A model generated the notes under the pieces. It saw only the letters and a program-made list of their open reading frames with translations. It was not told where the DNA came from and searched no databases. Below, piece after piece: positions 9,273 through 19,146 of a stretch of 64,000 nucleotides of DNA. Source of the stretch: Chthoniobacteraceae bacterium (lineage in GTDB: Bacteria > Verrucomicrobiota > Verrucomicrobiia > Chthoniobacterales > Chthoniobacteraceae); NCBI GenBank assembly GCA_031409335.1, contig JANNWY010000108.1, forward strand, positions 1-64,000, written 5' to 3'. Both the position numbers and the translations under genes were made by a program. Numbering within the stretch: the first letter of the stretch is position 1; every line of letters begins with the position of its first letter.

Positions 9273-10671
9273 ATGCAAAAACGCCTGCTCATTTTCTCAC
9301 TCCTGCTTGCCGCGCTCACCCTCACCGGGCTGGCTGCGCCTTTCACCCACACCGAGGCGCGGAATTTCGTGCGCTTCGAGCCGACGCTGCGCGGGCATGT
9401 GGTGGATCACCGGCTCACGCGGCTCGCGCAGGGCAGTGGCGCGGCGACGGTCTTTGATCTGAATCCCGGCGTGGATTACGCGACGCTGCCAAATCCCGCC
9501 GCGCAGGACGCCGCGCTCGCGCAGCCGACGGCGCTGGTTTTTTCCAGCGACGGCGCGGTGGCGTGAGTCGCCGCGTTTGCGTCGGATCGCCTCGCGCAAA
9601 TCTCCGCCACGACCGGCGGCGTGCTCGCGCGCGTGGACTTGCGCGCAGCCGGGGAAACATCGCGCCAGATGCGCGGGCCGCGGGCGCTGGCGTGGCGGGA
9701 ATCGGCGCAGCGCCGTTACGTATTGAACAAGCTCGCGAACACGATTTACGTCGTCGGCACCGACAGCGGCGCGCTGCTCGCGGAGGCGCCCGCCGACAGT
9801 CCTGACCCGATGCCGGCCGCGGTGAAGGAAGGGCGCGGATTCCTTTTCGATGCGCGCCTTTCGGGCAATGGGCTGACTTCGTGCGCGACGTGTCATCCCG
9901 ATGCGGATCGCGATGGGCCCGCGTGGGATCTCGGCGATCCGAGTGGCGAGATGGCCACGGTGATGGGCGCAAATATCGTCGTCCACGATCCGACGCCGCG
10001 CCCGCGCACCATGCACCCGATGAAAGGCCCGATGGTCACGCAGACGCTGCGCGGGCTCGGCGGCGGCGCGCCCTTTCACTGGCGTGGCGACCGAAAGCGT
10101 TCGTGCTCTGCTTTCCCACGGAGACGAAGCCCGGCGTCGGCGATGGCTTCACCGTCACCGCATCCAGCATCAACTCCGCGGCCCCCGATCTCCACCAGAT
10201 GGAAACGCAGGCGCGCGCGCAGGCGTGCGATTTCGTGGCGCGCGGCGTCGTCGGCGGGAATACGCGGAGTTTTTTTACAATCGCTCGACGCAACTCTACG
10301 AAGCCGACACCGCGGGCGAAGCGGCGCGCACGCGCAGCCAGTTGCTCGCGCTGTTCGGCGCGGGTGATGCGCTGACTTTCCTCGGCACGCCGCCGGGCGA
10401 AGGGCGGCGCTTTGCCGGTGATCGCGATGACGATGGCATCCACGACCGCGACGAATCGGCCGCCGCGCTCGCCATCACCTGTGAGCCCGCGCACGCGCGT
10501 CTCGAATGGCCGCTCGCGCCCTCCGGCTGGCAGCCCGAGTGGGCCGCGACGCCCATCGGCCCGTGGCTGCCGGTGACGCAGCCGCTTTCCACCAGCGCAG
10601 GCTGGCATCGCTTTGACGAGTCCCTCGCTGCCGCGCCCGCACGCTTCTACCGCCTGCGTCGCACATGGTGA
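9273..10671 (+). pseudogene. Degraded beta-propeller/cytochrome c peroxidase-like (CxxCH) secreted protein
   Basis: Signal peptide; in-frame TGA at 9564-9566; SCATCH, HPMKGPMVTQTLRG, FHWRGDR; frame changes near 10092 and 10270; ends RFYRLRRTW. Confidence 0.75.
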
Positions 10672-10728
10672 CGCGCGCCCACTTTCCCCAGAGCAAACCG
10701 AAAACAACAAAACAAAACAAAACAAAAC

Positions 10729-11210
10729 ATGAAAACCACACACCTCATCGCCACCCTCACCGCGCTCGACACCGCCGCGCTCCACGCCTCGACCGTCACG
10801 CAGACCGATCCGCAAGCAGGCGGCATTGGCTACAAATTCACCGCGCAACTCGGCGCGATCGACAGCGCCACTTTCACTCGCCACGTCGGCGCGTGGAGCT
10901 GGGAAGACAACAGCCTCTTCAATCCCGGAGACGATCCCGTGGGCTGGACGCACACGTCGGATTGGGTCGCGTTGCTGCCTGATGCGCCTACGACCGTCAC
11001 CGTCCGCGTGGAGCGCGAGGCGGGCGTGCGTGGGCAAGTACGAGCGACCCCACGCGTGTTGACTCGACGGAATCGATGTTCCCATCGTTCACGCTCTGGA
11101 ACGGCTGGGACAACGACCTTTGCGCCGACAGCCACGTCGAGCCCCTCGAAGCCGCCTGGCTCCGCACCGAAATCCTCGCCCAACGCAATACCGCAAAACC
11201 ATCACCATGA
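10729..11210 (+). pseudogene. Frameshifted secreted WxH-motif protein, apparently fused by deletion to another gene's C-terminus
   Basis: HVGAWSWED...GWTHTSDW; frameshift near 11029 restores WASTSDP...SFTLWNGWDND; tail CADSHVEPLEAAWL...* overlaps next start (ATGA). Confidence 0.6.
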
Positions 11211-11989
11211 TCAAACCACTCATCCCATTTCTCCTCCTCATCGCCGCCGCGCCGGCGCAGACCACGCTGACGACCGGCGACGTCGAACTCTCCGTCAACT
11301 TCGCCAGCAGCCTCGTCGGCACCGCCACAAATCCGTGGCTCCTCACCATGCGCGACGGCGTGGCGCAAAATGAATACGCCGGTGCCCGCGCCGGCACTAG
11401 CGACCCCGAGCGCGTCATCCTCAGCGCCGGTCTGAACGGTCGCGTCGCCGTGCCCGACGACGACCGCTACGGCTTCCTCGGCCCAGCCGGAACCGCCGTC
11501 TGGATCCTCCCCGAGGCCACCGATGACACGATCATCACCCCCGGCGTCTCCACCGAAAACCTCCCCGCCGCCGGCTGGCAGGGCACCGGCGTTTCATCCG
11601 ATTTTCTCGGGAAAGGCGTGCCCGCGAACGCCTTCCTCAGCAGCCGCATCGCCCTCACGCTCACCGCCTTCACCGGCTCCGGAAACTTTTTCCTCTACCG
11701 CACGAATGGCTTCCGCGACCCGCACCTTTCCTTCCGCACGGATGACGCCTTCGCCGCCAGCGACGCGCGCAATTTCAACGCCGCCACGCACACCCATTTC
11801 AATTGGGCCTTCACCGCACCCGGCGGCTACTACCTCGGCTTCCGCGCCTCCGGCTCGCTCGTCGGCGCTGGCCAGTTCACCGAAAGCGATGTGACCACTT
11901 TTCATATCCAAATCGTCCCCGAGCCCGGCGTTTCGGTGCTGCTGCTGTGGTCGCTCGTCACAGCGGGTTTGCGACGGCGGAGAAAGTGA
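11207..11989 (+). CDS. PEP-CTERM protein with surface-anchored (choice-of-anchor M / TIGR03769-like) domain
   Basis: [30 protein letters not shown]-terminal VPEP-TM-RRRRK. Confidence 0.82.
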   Translation: MIKPLIPFLLLIAAAPAQTTLTTGDVELSVNFASSLVGTATNPWLLTMRDGVAQNEYAGARAGTSDPERVILSAGLNGRVAVPDDDRYGFLGPAGTAVWILPEATDDTIITPGVSTENLPAAGWQGTGVSSDFLGKGVPANAFLSSRIALTLTAFTGSGNFFLYRTNGFRDPHLSFRTDDAFAASDARNFNAATHTHFNWAFTAPGGYYLGFRASGSLVGAGQFTESDVTTFHIQIVPEPGVSVLLLWSLVTAGLRRRRK

Positions 11990-12029
11990 TTCACAACGTC
12001 TGCCCGGTCTGGCCATTCTCGCACCCAAG

Positions 12030-12566
12030 ATGCGCTACTCGGAATTCGTCGATCGGCTTCTCTCGCAGGAGGATTTGCTGAAAACTCTCATCCCCAAAGG
12101 CCCGCTCGACAGCGCCCTCGTCCGCAGCCTGCGCGCGAGCGATAACCGCGTTTTGGCGGGGGAAAAAGTTTTCGCCGATGCGAAGACGTTCGCGCTGGTA
12201 AGAGGCGGCCTGTTTTACGCGCTCGACGCGCTGCCCGAGGCGCACGCGATTTTCCAGGACGCCACCGACGATCCCGGCGCCTACTGGCACGGGATGCTGC
12301 ACCGCCGCGAAGGTGATTTCGACAATGCCCGCTACTGGTTCCGCCGCGCCGGTGTGCTGCCATTCTTCGCGGAAATGCACCGCGCTGCCTGCACCCACTC
12401 AGAAACGATGGCCCGCCAGTCGAATTGGGACCCGTATCTTTTCACCGGCCAATGCGAGCAGGAGCGCTTCGGCGCGGACGATTTGACCGGCGAAATGCGG
12501 GCGCTGCAACGCGTCGAATTTGACGCGATCTTCGACTACTGCTGGCGGCAGAGCGGGCTCGGCTAA
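12030..12566 (+). CDS. Conserved hypothetical protein
   Basis: [24 protein letters not shown] motif. Confidence 0.75.
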   Translation: MRYSEFVDRLLSQEDLLKTLIPKGPLDSALVRSLRASDNRVLAGEKVFADAKTFALVRGGLFYALDALPEAHAIFQDATDDPGAYWHGMLHRREGDFDNARYWFRRAGVLPFFAEMHRAACTHSETMARQSNWDPYLFTGQCEQERFGADDLTGEMRALQRVEFDAIFDYCWRQSGLG

Positions 12567-12603
12567 GGCGATCCCTCTCAAAGAGTGTGCCGGAAGTCGC
12601 GGA

Positions 12604-12725
12604 GGGCCAAAGGCCCGCATCCATCCCAGCCTGGGGCAACGCCCCAGGAAAATTCCGTCCACGATCGTAAGGACTGAAAGTCCGCTCTAATTTTTCGCGA
12701 TGATGGGCCGGGGTTTCAGACCTCG
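12604..12725. repeat. REP-like palindromic cluster between convergent genes
   Basis: GGGCCAAAGGCCC, CCTGGGGCAACGCCCCAGG, GGACTGAAAGTCC, GGTTTCAGACC short hairpins. Confidence 0.6.
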
Positions 12726-12736
12726 GGTACACCCTC

Positions 12737-13834
12737 TCAGACCGGGCGCGCCAGCGACCAGTACCAGTCGAGGATCTGCGGCCCGGAAAACATCCACACC
12801 AGCGCGCCGAGCGCGAGATACGGGCCGAACGGGATTTTTGCGGACCACTCGCGCTTGCCAATGGCGATCGTGGCGAGCCCGATGATTGCGCCAAAAGTGG
12901 ACCCGGCCATCACCGTGAAAAGCACCGCTTTCCATCCGAGGAATGCGCCGATCGCCGCGATGAATTTCACGTCGCCGAAACCCATCGCTTCGCGCGGGAT
13001 CGTGATCTCTTTCACGCGGCCGGTGATCGTTTCGAGCTTGTCGAGCGACCACGTTTTTTCACCGACCTTCACGCGGTCGAAGTGGAATTCGAGCGTCACG
13101 TTTTCAACCTTCTCGCGCGCGATTTCCGCCGAGGTGCATTCCATCAGCAGCCGGTCGGAATCGCGCGAGAAGAATTCGCTCCACTGGTCCTTGTCCTCGC
13201 CGACTTGCAGCTCGGCGTCTTCGCCGTTTCGAGTCCAGGTGAAGCTCTCCGCTTTCTCCAAAACCACGCGCTTTTTCCCGAACATCTTTTTCCCCAACTC
13301 CACGACTCCCCACAGCAGCAGGTATCCGAAGGCCGCACCCGCGAGCGACAAACCCGCCGCAGCGAGATGCGAATCGGTGCCCATCATCGTCGGGATCGCG
13401 AGACTCAGCAGCACGCCCGCGATCACGCCGCCCCAAGTGATTTCATCCGGGATGATGAAGAACTCGAAGTCGATGAATGTCGCGATGACGAACAGGCTGA
13501 CGAGAATCCAGTACGGGAACGCGAGCACCCAATGCTGCGTCCACCACACCGCGAGGAAAAGCAGCCCGGTGAGCAGCTCGACGCCGATGTAGCGGAAGGA
13601 AATCCCCGCGCCGCAATTCGCGCAACGCCCGCGCAGCACGAGCCACGAGATGAGCGGGATGTTGTGCCAGAACGGGATTTGGTAATTGCACTTCGGGCAG
13701 AAGGAACGGCGCGGTTTGTTGACGGAAAGATCGCGCGGCATCCGGTAGATGCAGACGTTCAGGAACGATCCGATCGAGGCACCGAGCACAAAAGAAAATG
13801 CCGAAAACAAATACGCGTAATAGGCCGGTGGCAC
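12737..13834 (-). CDS. pilD: Prepilin peptidase (A24)
   Basis: GSFLNVCIYR, CPKC...CANC Zn motif, FIDFE, MGFGD, IPFGPYL; GTG start inferred. Confidence 0.9.
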   Translation of the reverse strand: MPPAYYAYLFSAFSFVLGASIGSFLNVCIYRMPRDLSVNKPRRSFCPKCNYQIPFWHNIPLISWLVLRGRCANCGAGISFRYIGVELLTGLLFLAVWWTQHWVLAFPYWILVSLFVIATFIDFEFFIIPDEITWGGVIAGVLLSLAIPTMMGTDSHLAAAGLSLAGAAFGYLLLWGVVELGKKMFGKKRVVLEKAESFTWTRNGEDAELQVGEDKDQWSEFFSRDSDRLLMECTSAEIAREKVENVTLEFHFDRVKVGEKTWSLDKLETITGRVKEITIPREAMGFGDVKFIAAIGAFLGWKAVLFTVMAGSTFGAIIGLATIAIGKREWSAKIPFGPYLALGALVWMFSGPQILDWYWSLARPV

Positions 13835-13925
13835 GGCGGGAGTGAATGCAGCGTCCGTGCCACGGTCAATGCGGAAGCCAGGCGCGCGGCTTGCGTCGCG
13901 CCAGCGCTTTCCCCATCGTCCGCGC

Positions 13926-14354
13926 ATGACCGAGCCCGACACGCCGACCATCGCAACCGAAGTCCAAGTCATGTTTTTCGACACCGATTGCGCCGCCGTC
14001 GTCCACAACATCGCGTACCTGCGCTTCATCGAAATCGCGCGCACGCTGCTCGCGGATCAGCTCGGCATGGGCCTCGTCGGCATGGCCGAGACGGGGCTGT
14101 ATCCCGTCGTCGTGCGGACGGAAATCGACTACCGAAAACCCGCGCGGCTCGGCGACAAACTGGTCGTGCATGGCCGGCTCGAAGTCGTCGAGCGGATGCG
14201 TTTCTGGTGCGCCTTCCGCATCCTGCGCCGCGCCGACGACGCGCTCATCGCCGAGTCGCGCCAGATGCTCGCGGTGATCCAGATGCCGCAGGGAAAACCC
14301 ACACGCCTGCCGGGGGACTGGGCCACCCGCTTTGCGCATCTGCGGAGGAGTTAA
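13926..14354 (+). CDS. Acyl-CoA thioesterase (YbgC/4HBT hot-dog fold)
   Basis: FDTDCAAVVHNIAYLRFIE, IDYRKPARLGD. Confidence 0.85.
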   Translation: MTEPDTPTIATEVQVMFFDTDCAAVVHNIAYLRFIEIARTLLADQLGMGLVGMAETGLYPVVVRTEIDYRKPARLGDKLVVHGRLEVVERMRFWCAFRILRRADDALIAESRQMLAVIQMPQGKPTRLPGDWATRFAHLRRS

Positions 14355-14362
14355 AGCAGGCG

Positions 14363-14878
14363 CTACCCGCCGAAAATCCAGCGCACTGCCTGGATGGCGA
14401 GGCCGAAGGTCGCGAGCGCGAACACGACAATCAGCGCGATCAAGCCGCCGAGGATTGCCCCGACCAACACGCGGTCTCGCAGCCCCGGTTTTTGCGCCGT
14501 GCCAGCATGTTTGAGGTGGAGGTCGTAGTTCTTCGCGTTGGATTTGAACCAAAATGAAAACGCGTCGCCGATGCCGGGGATGGCGCCGACGGCGGCGTTG
14601 ATGAGAATGTTCAGCGCCATCCGCGCGACGATGATTTTTGGGACGCCGGCGCGCGCGCTTTTCAAAATGAGCAGCGCGGAAACGAGTGAACCCGCGGCGT
14701 CGCCCCAGCCAGGAAGCAGGCCGAGCAGCGGGTCGAGGCCGAAGCGGAGATTCGTGCCGGGGATGGAGAATTGATTGTCCATCAGCCGCGCGAGCAGCGC
14801 GATCAATGGGTCATCCTTTGCGGAAACGCGCGCGCCTTTTGGGAGCACTTCGTCGAACTCGATATCACGGGTTTTCAT
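14363..14878 (-). CDS. DUF4112 domain membrane protein
   Basis: LMDNQFSIPGT...GLDPLLGLLPGWGD...GAIPGIGD. Confidence 0.85.
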   Translation of the reverse strand: MKTRDIEFDEVLPKGARVSAKDDPLIALLARLMDNQFSIPGTNLRFGLDPLLGLLPGWGDAAGSLVSALLILKSARAGVPKIIVARMALNILINAAVGAIPGIGDAFSFWFKSNAKNYDLHLKHAGTAQKPGLRDRVLVGAILGGLIALIVVFALATFGLAIQAVRWIFGG

Positions 14879-14963
14879 GGAATGCGCGGAATGTAAATGC
14901 CGCGCGGCCCTGCGCAATCGCGCATCCGCTGGCCAAGCGCGCGAATCCCGTTACCGTCCCGGC

Positions 14964-16496
14964 ATGGCCTACGCCTCCTTCTCCGATTTTATCGCCGCGC
15001 TCGAAAGTGCGGGCGAATTGCGCCGCATCTCCGCGCCCGTCGCGACGGAACTGGAGATCACGGAGATCGCCAATCGTGAGATGAAATCGCCCGGCGGCGG
15101 CCAGGCGCTGCTGTTTGAAAAGCCCACGGTCAACGGCGTCGTGTCGCCCTTTCCCGTGGCGATCAATACGATGGGATCGCACAAGCGCATGGCGATGAGC
15201 ATGGGTGCGAATTCGGTGGATGAAGTCGCCGCCGAACTCGGCGCGTTGATGAAGGCGAAGCCGCCGACGGGGTTCAAGGAAGCCATCAAGCTGCTGTCGC
15301 TCGCGATGGATTTGCGCTTCGCAAAGCCGAAGACGGTGAAGGATGGCGCGTGCAAGGAAGTGGTGCATCTGCTCGAAGGCCCGAAGTCAAAGATCGAAAG
15401 CTGGCCTGCCGCACCCGATGTGAATGCACTTTCGACCTTCGACCCCCGGCCTTCGACCCTCCTCAATCTCCCCATCCTGAAATGCTGGCCGCTCGACGGC
15501 GGGCGTTTCATCACGCTGCCATGCGTGGTGACGCGCGACCCGGATACAGGCGAGCGCAATCTTGGCATGTACCGCATCCAGATTTACGACGAACGCACAA
15601 CGGGAATGCACTGGCAGCTCCAGAAAGTCGCCGCGCGTCACGGTCGTCGTTACTACGAAAAGGGCGAAAGGATGCCGGTTGCGATTTTCATCGGGGGCGA
15701 TCCGATGTTCCCATTCGCGGCCACCGCCCCGCTGCCTGATGGCTTGGACGAGTTTCTACTGGCGGGTTACTTGAGAAAGAAGTCGGTGGAGTTAGTAAAG
15801 TGCGAGACCAACGATCTCGAAGTTCCGGCTAACTCAGACATTGTCATTGAAGGCTACGTGGACCCGACCGAGCCACTCCGCGATGAAGGCCCGTTCGGTG
15901 ACCACACCGGCTACTACACCCTGCCCGAGCCGTATCCCGTCTTCCACGTCACGGCCATCACCCATCGCCGGGAAGCGGTGTATCCGGCAACAATCGTTGG
16001 TATTCCACCGATGGAGGATTTCTACATCGGTGGAGCCAGCGTGAAGCTGTTCCTGCCCATCTTCAAAATGAACTTTCCTGAGATCGTGGAAATCGCGCTG
16101 CCAGCGGAGGGTGTGTTTCACAATCTGGTCTTCGTGAGCATCAAAAAGACATACCCGATGCAGGCTTACAAAATCATGCATGGCCTGTGGGGCATGGGTC
16201 AGATGATGTTCAGCAAATACATCGTGGTGGTGGACGCCGACGTGGACGTTCACAATACCAGCGAAGTCCTTTTCCACCTCTGTGCCAACACTGACCCGCA
16301 GCGTGACAGCCTCTTCACCAAAGGACCGTCCGACGTGCTCGATCACGCCACCAGCGAAATCGCCAGCGGCAGCAAACTCGGCATCGACGCGACGAAGAAA
16401 CTCCCCGGCGAAGGCTTCAAACGCCCCTGGCCGCCGCTCATCAAAATGGATGCGGCGGTGAAGGCGAAGGTGGAAATGCTTTTGAACCAGAAGTGA
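14964..16496 (+). CDS. ubiD: UbiD-family decarboxylase (menaquinone/futalosine-pathway type)
   Basis: NLGMYR, EGPFGDHTGYY, DVLDHA, KLGIDAT. Confidence 0.92.
   Translation: MAYASFSDFIAALESAGELRRISAPVATELEITEIANREMKSPGGGQALLFEKPTVNGVVSPFPVAINTMGSHKRMAMSMGANSVDEVAAELGALMKAKPPTGFKEAIKLLSLAMDLRFAKPKTVKDGACKEVVHLLEGPKSKIESWPAAPDVNALSTFDPRPSTLLNLPILKCWPLDGGRFITLPCVVTRDPDTGERNLGMYRIQIYDERTTGMHWQLQKVAARHGRRYYEKGERMPVAIFIGGDPMFPFAATAPLPDGLDEFLLAGYLRKKSVELVKCETNDLEVPANSDIVIEGYVDPTEPLRDEGPFGDHTGYYTLPEPYPVFHVTAITHRREAVYPATIVGIPPMEDFYIGGASVKLFLPIFKMNFPEIVEIALPAEGVFHNLVFVSIKKTYPMQAYKIMHGLWGMGQMMFSKYIVVVDADVDVHNTSEVLFHLCANTDPQRDSLFTKGPSDVLDHATSEIASGSKLGIDATKKLPGEGFKRPWPPLIKMDAAVKAKVEMLLNQK
15373..15456. repeat. 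Heptameric inverted-repeat insert, in frame within ubiD
   Basis: TCGAAGGCCCGAAGTCAAAGATCGAAAG ... CTTTCGACCTTCGACCCCCGGCCTTCGA; 84 bp. Confidence 0.65.
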
Positions 16497-16520
16497 ACCA
16501 TTTATCGACCGCGACAAATT

Positions 16521-18200
16521 ATGACTCCACGCAAAACAAGCATTGGCGGATTGCTCGGCGAATACGAACGACGGCAAATCAAATTGCCCGAATTTCAGCG
16601 CTCATACAGTTGGGAAAAGGCACAGGTTGCCAAATTTTGGGAAGACCTCGGCGCATTCCACGAGCGCTACGACAAAAGTCCGGTCGATGCTTCCTATTTT
16701 CTTGGGCCAATCGTTGTCATCGAATCCAAGACCGACATTACGGTTTTGGACGGTCAACAGCGGCTCGCAACAGCCACGATTCTTCTAGCCGTTTTACGCA
16801 ATCTCTCGCGCGAACTCCACGCAGCCTGCCCATTTCAGGACCTTGACTATTTTGCGCGCGACATGCAGCGGGAGCTTATCGAGAAAAAGGACACGACACC
16901 TCGATCATATTCGCTAACGCTCAGTGAATTGGACGAGCCGTATTTCCTCCAGACCATCAAGTCCGACCCACCCACGTTCGCGAAGCCCGCTCTTCGTTCT
17001 CACCAGTTGATGAAGGCTGCTTACGACTTTTTCCTTGAAGAGGTGCGGCTTGCCATTCAGAGCAAGCCGCCGCAGGCGCAAGTGCAGGAACTAAAATCTT
17101 TCCGAGAAGCTTTAACTAAAGGCATGGCATTGGTCGCAATCGTCGTCGAAGACGAGGAGGATGCGTATGATATCTTTGAAGCGTTGAATGACCGCGGGCT
17201 TCGTCTTTCCGTTCCTGACTTGGTAGTCAATCTCCTACTGAAGCGATGCCCAGATGCTCCAACTAGAAAAACGGTGCGGCAGACATGGAACGGAATGATT
17301 CAGCAAATGGGACGTAGGGATGTTTCGCGGTTCTTACGGCATTTCTGGCTGTCCCAATTCGGAGACCTGAAAGCAAAAGGTCTCTATTCCGAAATAAAAA
17401 GCCATCTCACGGCAAAGAAGATGACGAGCGTTGAGTTCGCTCAATCATGTGCGGAGGCGTGCGAAGATTACCTTCGGCTTTTGGACGTGGACAAATCTTT
17501 GCCCAAGGATGCCCAACGAGATGTGGAAGGTTTGGTCCGCTGTCTGAGCGTTCAGAATAGCTTGCCCTTATTGCTCTCGGCACATCAATGCCTGAACGAT
17601 TCCGATTTCACCAAGCTCGTGAAATCAGCCGCGTCTCTCTACGTTCGGCATACACTCATCGGAAACCAAAATCCCCTCGAACTGGAAACTGTGTTCTACG
17701 ATTCGGCTCGCGAACTGCGGGCACAGACGGTGTCGAAGGTTTCTAGTGGCAAAGCGTTGAAAGCTGTGAAAACAAAGCTCTCGAAGTTGAATCCGAGCGA
17801 TGCGCTGGTCGAGCAACAGTTTGAAAAACTCCTGCTATCAAGGTCCGAAGCAACTTGGTTCATGGTCCAACTAGCCAACGCACAACAAAGCAAGACCAAG
17901 GAAATCGGCATGGACAAAGCCAACGTCGAACACGTCTTTCCACAGAACGCCGGTAAGGAATGGCCGAATCGCGCTGCGCTTGAACCATTTATCTGGCATG
18001 TGGGCAATCTCACCATTCTCGGCAAGCGGATAAACACCAAGGCGCAGAACAAGTCGTTTCCAGACAAGTGCAAGGACCACTACAGCAAATCTGAAATTGC
18101 GATGACCAAAGACTTGCTCAAGGAGACAACGTGGGACGAAGGGGTCATACAAAAGCGCGCCAAGGCCATCGCGAAGATTGCCATTCAGACTTGGAAATGA
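16521..18200 (+). CDS. DUF262-DUF1524 (GmrSD-like) restriction/defence protein
   Basis: LPEFQRSYSW, LDGQQR, IFEALNDRG, VEHVFPQ, GNLTIL...N (HNH-like). Confidence 0.88.
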   Translation: MTPRKTSIGGLLGEYERRQIKLPEFQRSYSWEKAQVAKFWEDLGAFHERYDKSPVDASYFLGPIVVIESKTDITVLDGQQRLATATILLAVLRNLSRELHAACPFQDLDYFARDMQRELIEKKDTTPRSYSLTLSELDEPYFLQTIKSDPPTFAKPALRSHQLMKAAYDFFLEEVRLAIQSKPPQAQVQELKSFREALTKGMALVAIVVEDEEDAYDIFEALNDRGLRLSVPDLVVNLLLKRCPDAPTRKTVRQTWNGMIQQMGRRDVSRFLRHFWLSQFGDLKAKGLYSEIKSHLTAKKMTSVEFAQSCAEACEDYLRLLDVDKSLPKDAQRDVEGLVRCLSVQNSLPLLLSAHQCLNDSDFTKLVKSAASLYVRHTLIGNQNPLELETVFYDSARELRAQTVSKVSSGKALKAVKTKLSKLNPSDALVEQQFEKLLLSRSEATWFMVQLANAQQSKTKEIGMDKANVEHVFPQNAGKEWPNRAALEPFIWHVGNLTILGKRINTKAQNKSFPDKCKDHYSKSEIAMTKDLLKETTWDEGVIQKRAKAIAKIAIQTWK

Positions 18201-18252
18201 CCCGTCAGTTCCAACGCGGTTGCAACCCATCCATTCCCGCCCGCGCCCATGA

Positions 18253-18284
18253 CAACCTTTTGTTGCATATGCAACAAAAGGTTG
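18253..18284. repeat. Perfect 32-bp palindrome downstream of PaaX-like gene
   Basis: CAACCTTTTGTTGCAT|ATGCAACAAAAGGTTG. Confidence 0.95.
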
Positions 18285-18291
18285 CACAGGA

Positions 18292-19077
18292 CTATTCAGG
18301 TTTGAACGTGCGCAGTTGCCGGCTGGCGTCCCGGAGCACTTCCACCCGCCGCCGCCACGCCTGTTGCCCCAGATAATCCGACGGCAGAATCCGGCCCGGC
18401 AGCAGCGGATCGTTCGTCACCGCCTCCAGCCACGCCTCGCGCTCCGCCGCCGCCCAGCGCAGCAACGCCTTCGCCGTCGCGTCATTCCGCAGTGCGCCGC
18501 CCGGTCGCTCGCCGAGGATTTTCAGATGCCGGGCATAGCGGCGGTTGATGCGCTCGAAGTCCCACGCGCCCGCGACGATTTCCGCGTCGGATTCCCCCGC
18601 GCACGGCCGCGCCTCCAGCAGGAGCAACGATTCCACATTGATCTTCCCGCCGCCGAGAATCTGCCGTTCCTCCGTCAGCGGATCGGGCGTGATCCACACG
18701 CTGTTTTGTACATAGCCGAAGCCTTTGTCGCGCAGGTAGCGTCGCAGCCGTTCGCGCTGGGCATTTTGTCCCTTGGGCACGTCGAAGAGCACCAGCCGCC
18801 ATCGACCGTCCCAAGGCCGCGCCCAGCGTTCCTCCGAATCGCGCCCGCCCAGGACGTGCAAGCGCCCCTGCGCGGAGAGCCGATAGAGCCGGTCATCCGG
18901 GGCAGTGGTGTCGCGCTCCAGGAGTTGTTGTTGCTCCAAGGTGGCGACCTGGCGCAGGAGGCCGTTGCGATAGGCCCAGCTTTCGTAGGAGCCGGTGAGG
19001 TTGCGAAAGGTCGGGCGCACAAGCAGCTCGGCGGACCAGAGCAGGAGGTTCAGGAATTCCTCGGTCTTGGGTTGCAT
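18292..19077 (-). CDS. PaaX-family protein with Cas2-like central domain
   Basis: YRLSAQGR (wHTH wing), WDGRWRLVLFDVP, GFGYVQNSVWITP, AWDFERI, DPLLPGRILP. Confidence 0.88.
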   Translation of the reverse strand: MQPKTEEFLNLLLWSAELLVRPTFRNLTGSYESWAYRNGLLRQVATLEQQQLLERDTTAPDDRLYRLSAQGRLHVLGGRDSEERWARPWDGRWRLVLFDVPKGQNAQRERLRRYLRDKGFGYVQNSVWITPDPLTEERQILGGGKINVESLLLLEARPCAGESDAEIVAGAWDFERINRRYARHLKILGERPGGALRNDATAKALLRWAAAEREAWLEAVTNDPLLPGRILPSDYLGQQAWRRRVEVLRDASRQLRTFKPE

Positions 19078-19114
19078 GGCGGGAGGATTGTCGAACGGCT
19101 GCGAAAAGCCAACG

Positions 19115-19146
19115 CAACCTTTTGTTGCATATGCGACAAAAGGTTG
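19115..19146. repeat. 32-bp palindrome (1 mismatch) upstream of PaaX-like gene
   Basis: CAACCTTTTGTTGCAT|ATGCGACAAAAGGTTG. Confidence 0.95.

Noticed and set aside
9564..9566. Selenocysteine or readthrough TGA
   Set aside because: Context suits Trp (TGG to TGA) and the same gene has further frameshifts and deletions
14775..14963. Long N-terminal extensions in the ORF track (ubiD, hisC, pilD, vapC, wzy-like, GT4)
   Set aside because: They overlap neighbouring genes or precede the family-typical start; downstream starts chosen
18253..19146. CRISPR array next to a Cas2-like gene
   Set aside because: Only two repeats, about 830 bp apart with a gene between; no spacers, cas1 or effector genes
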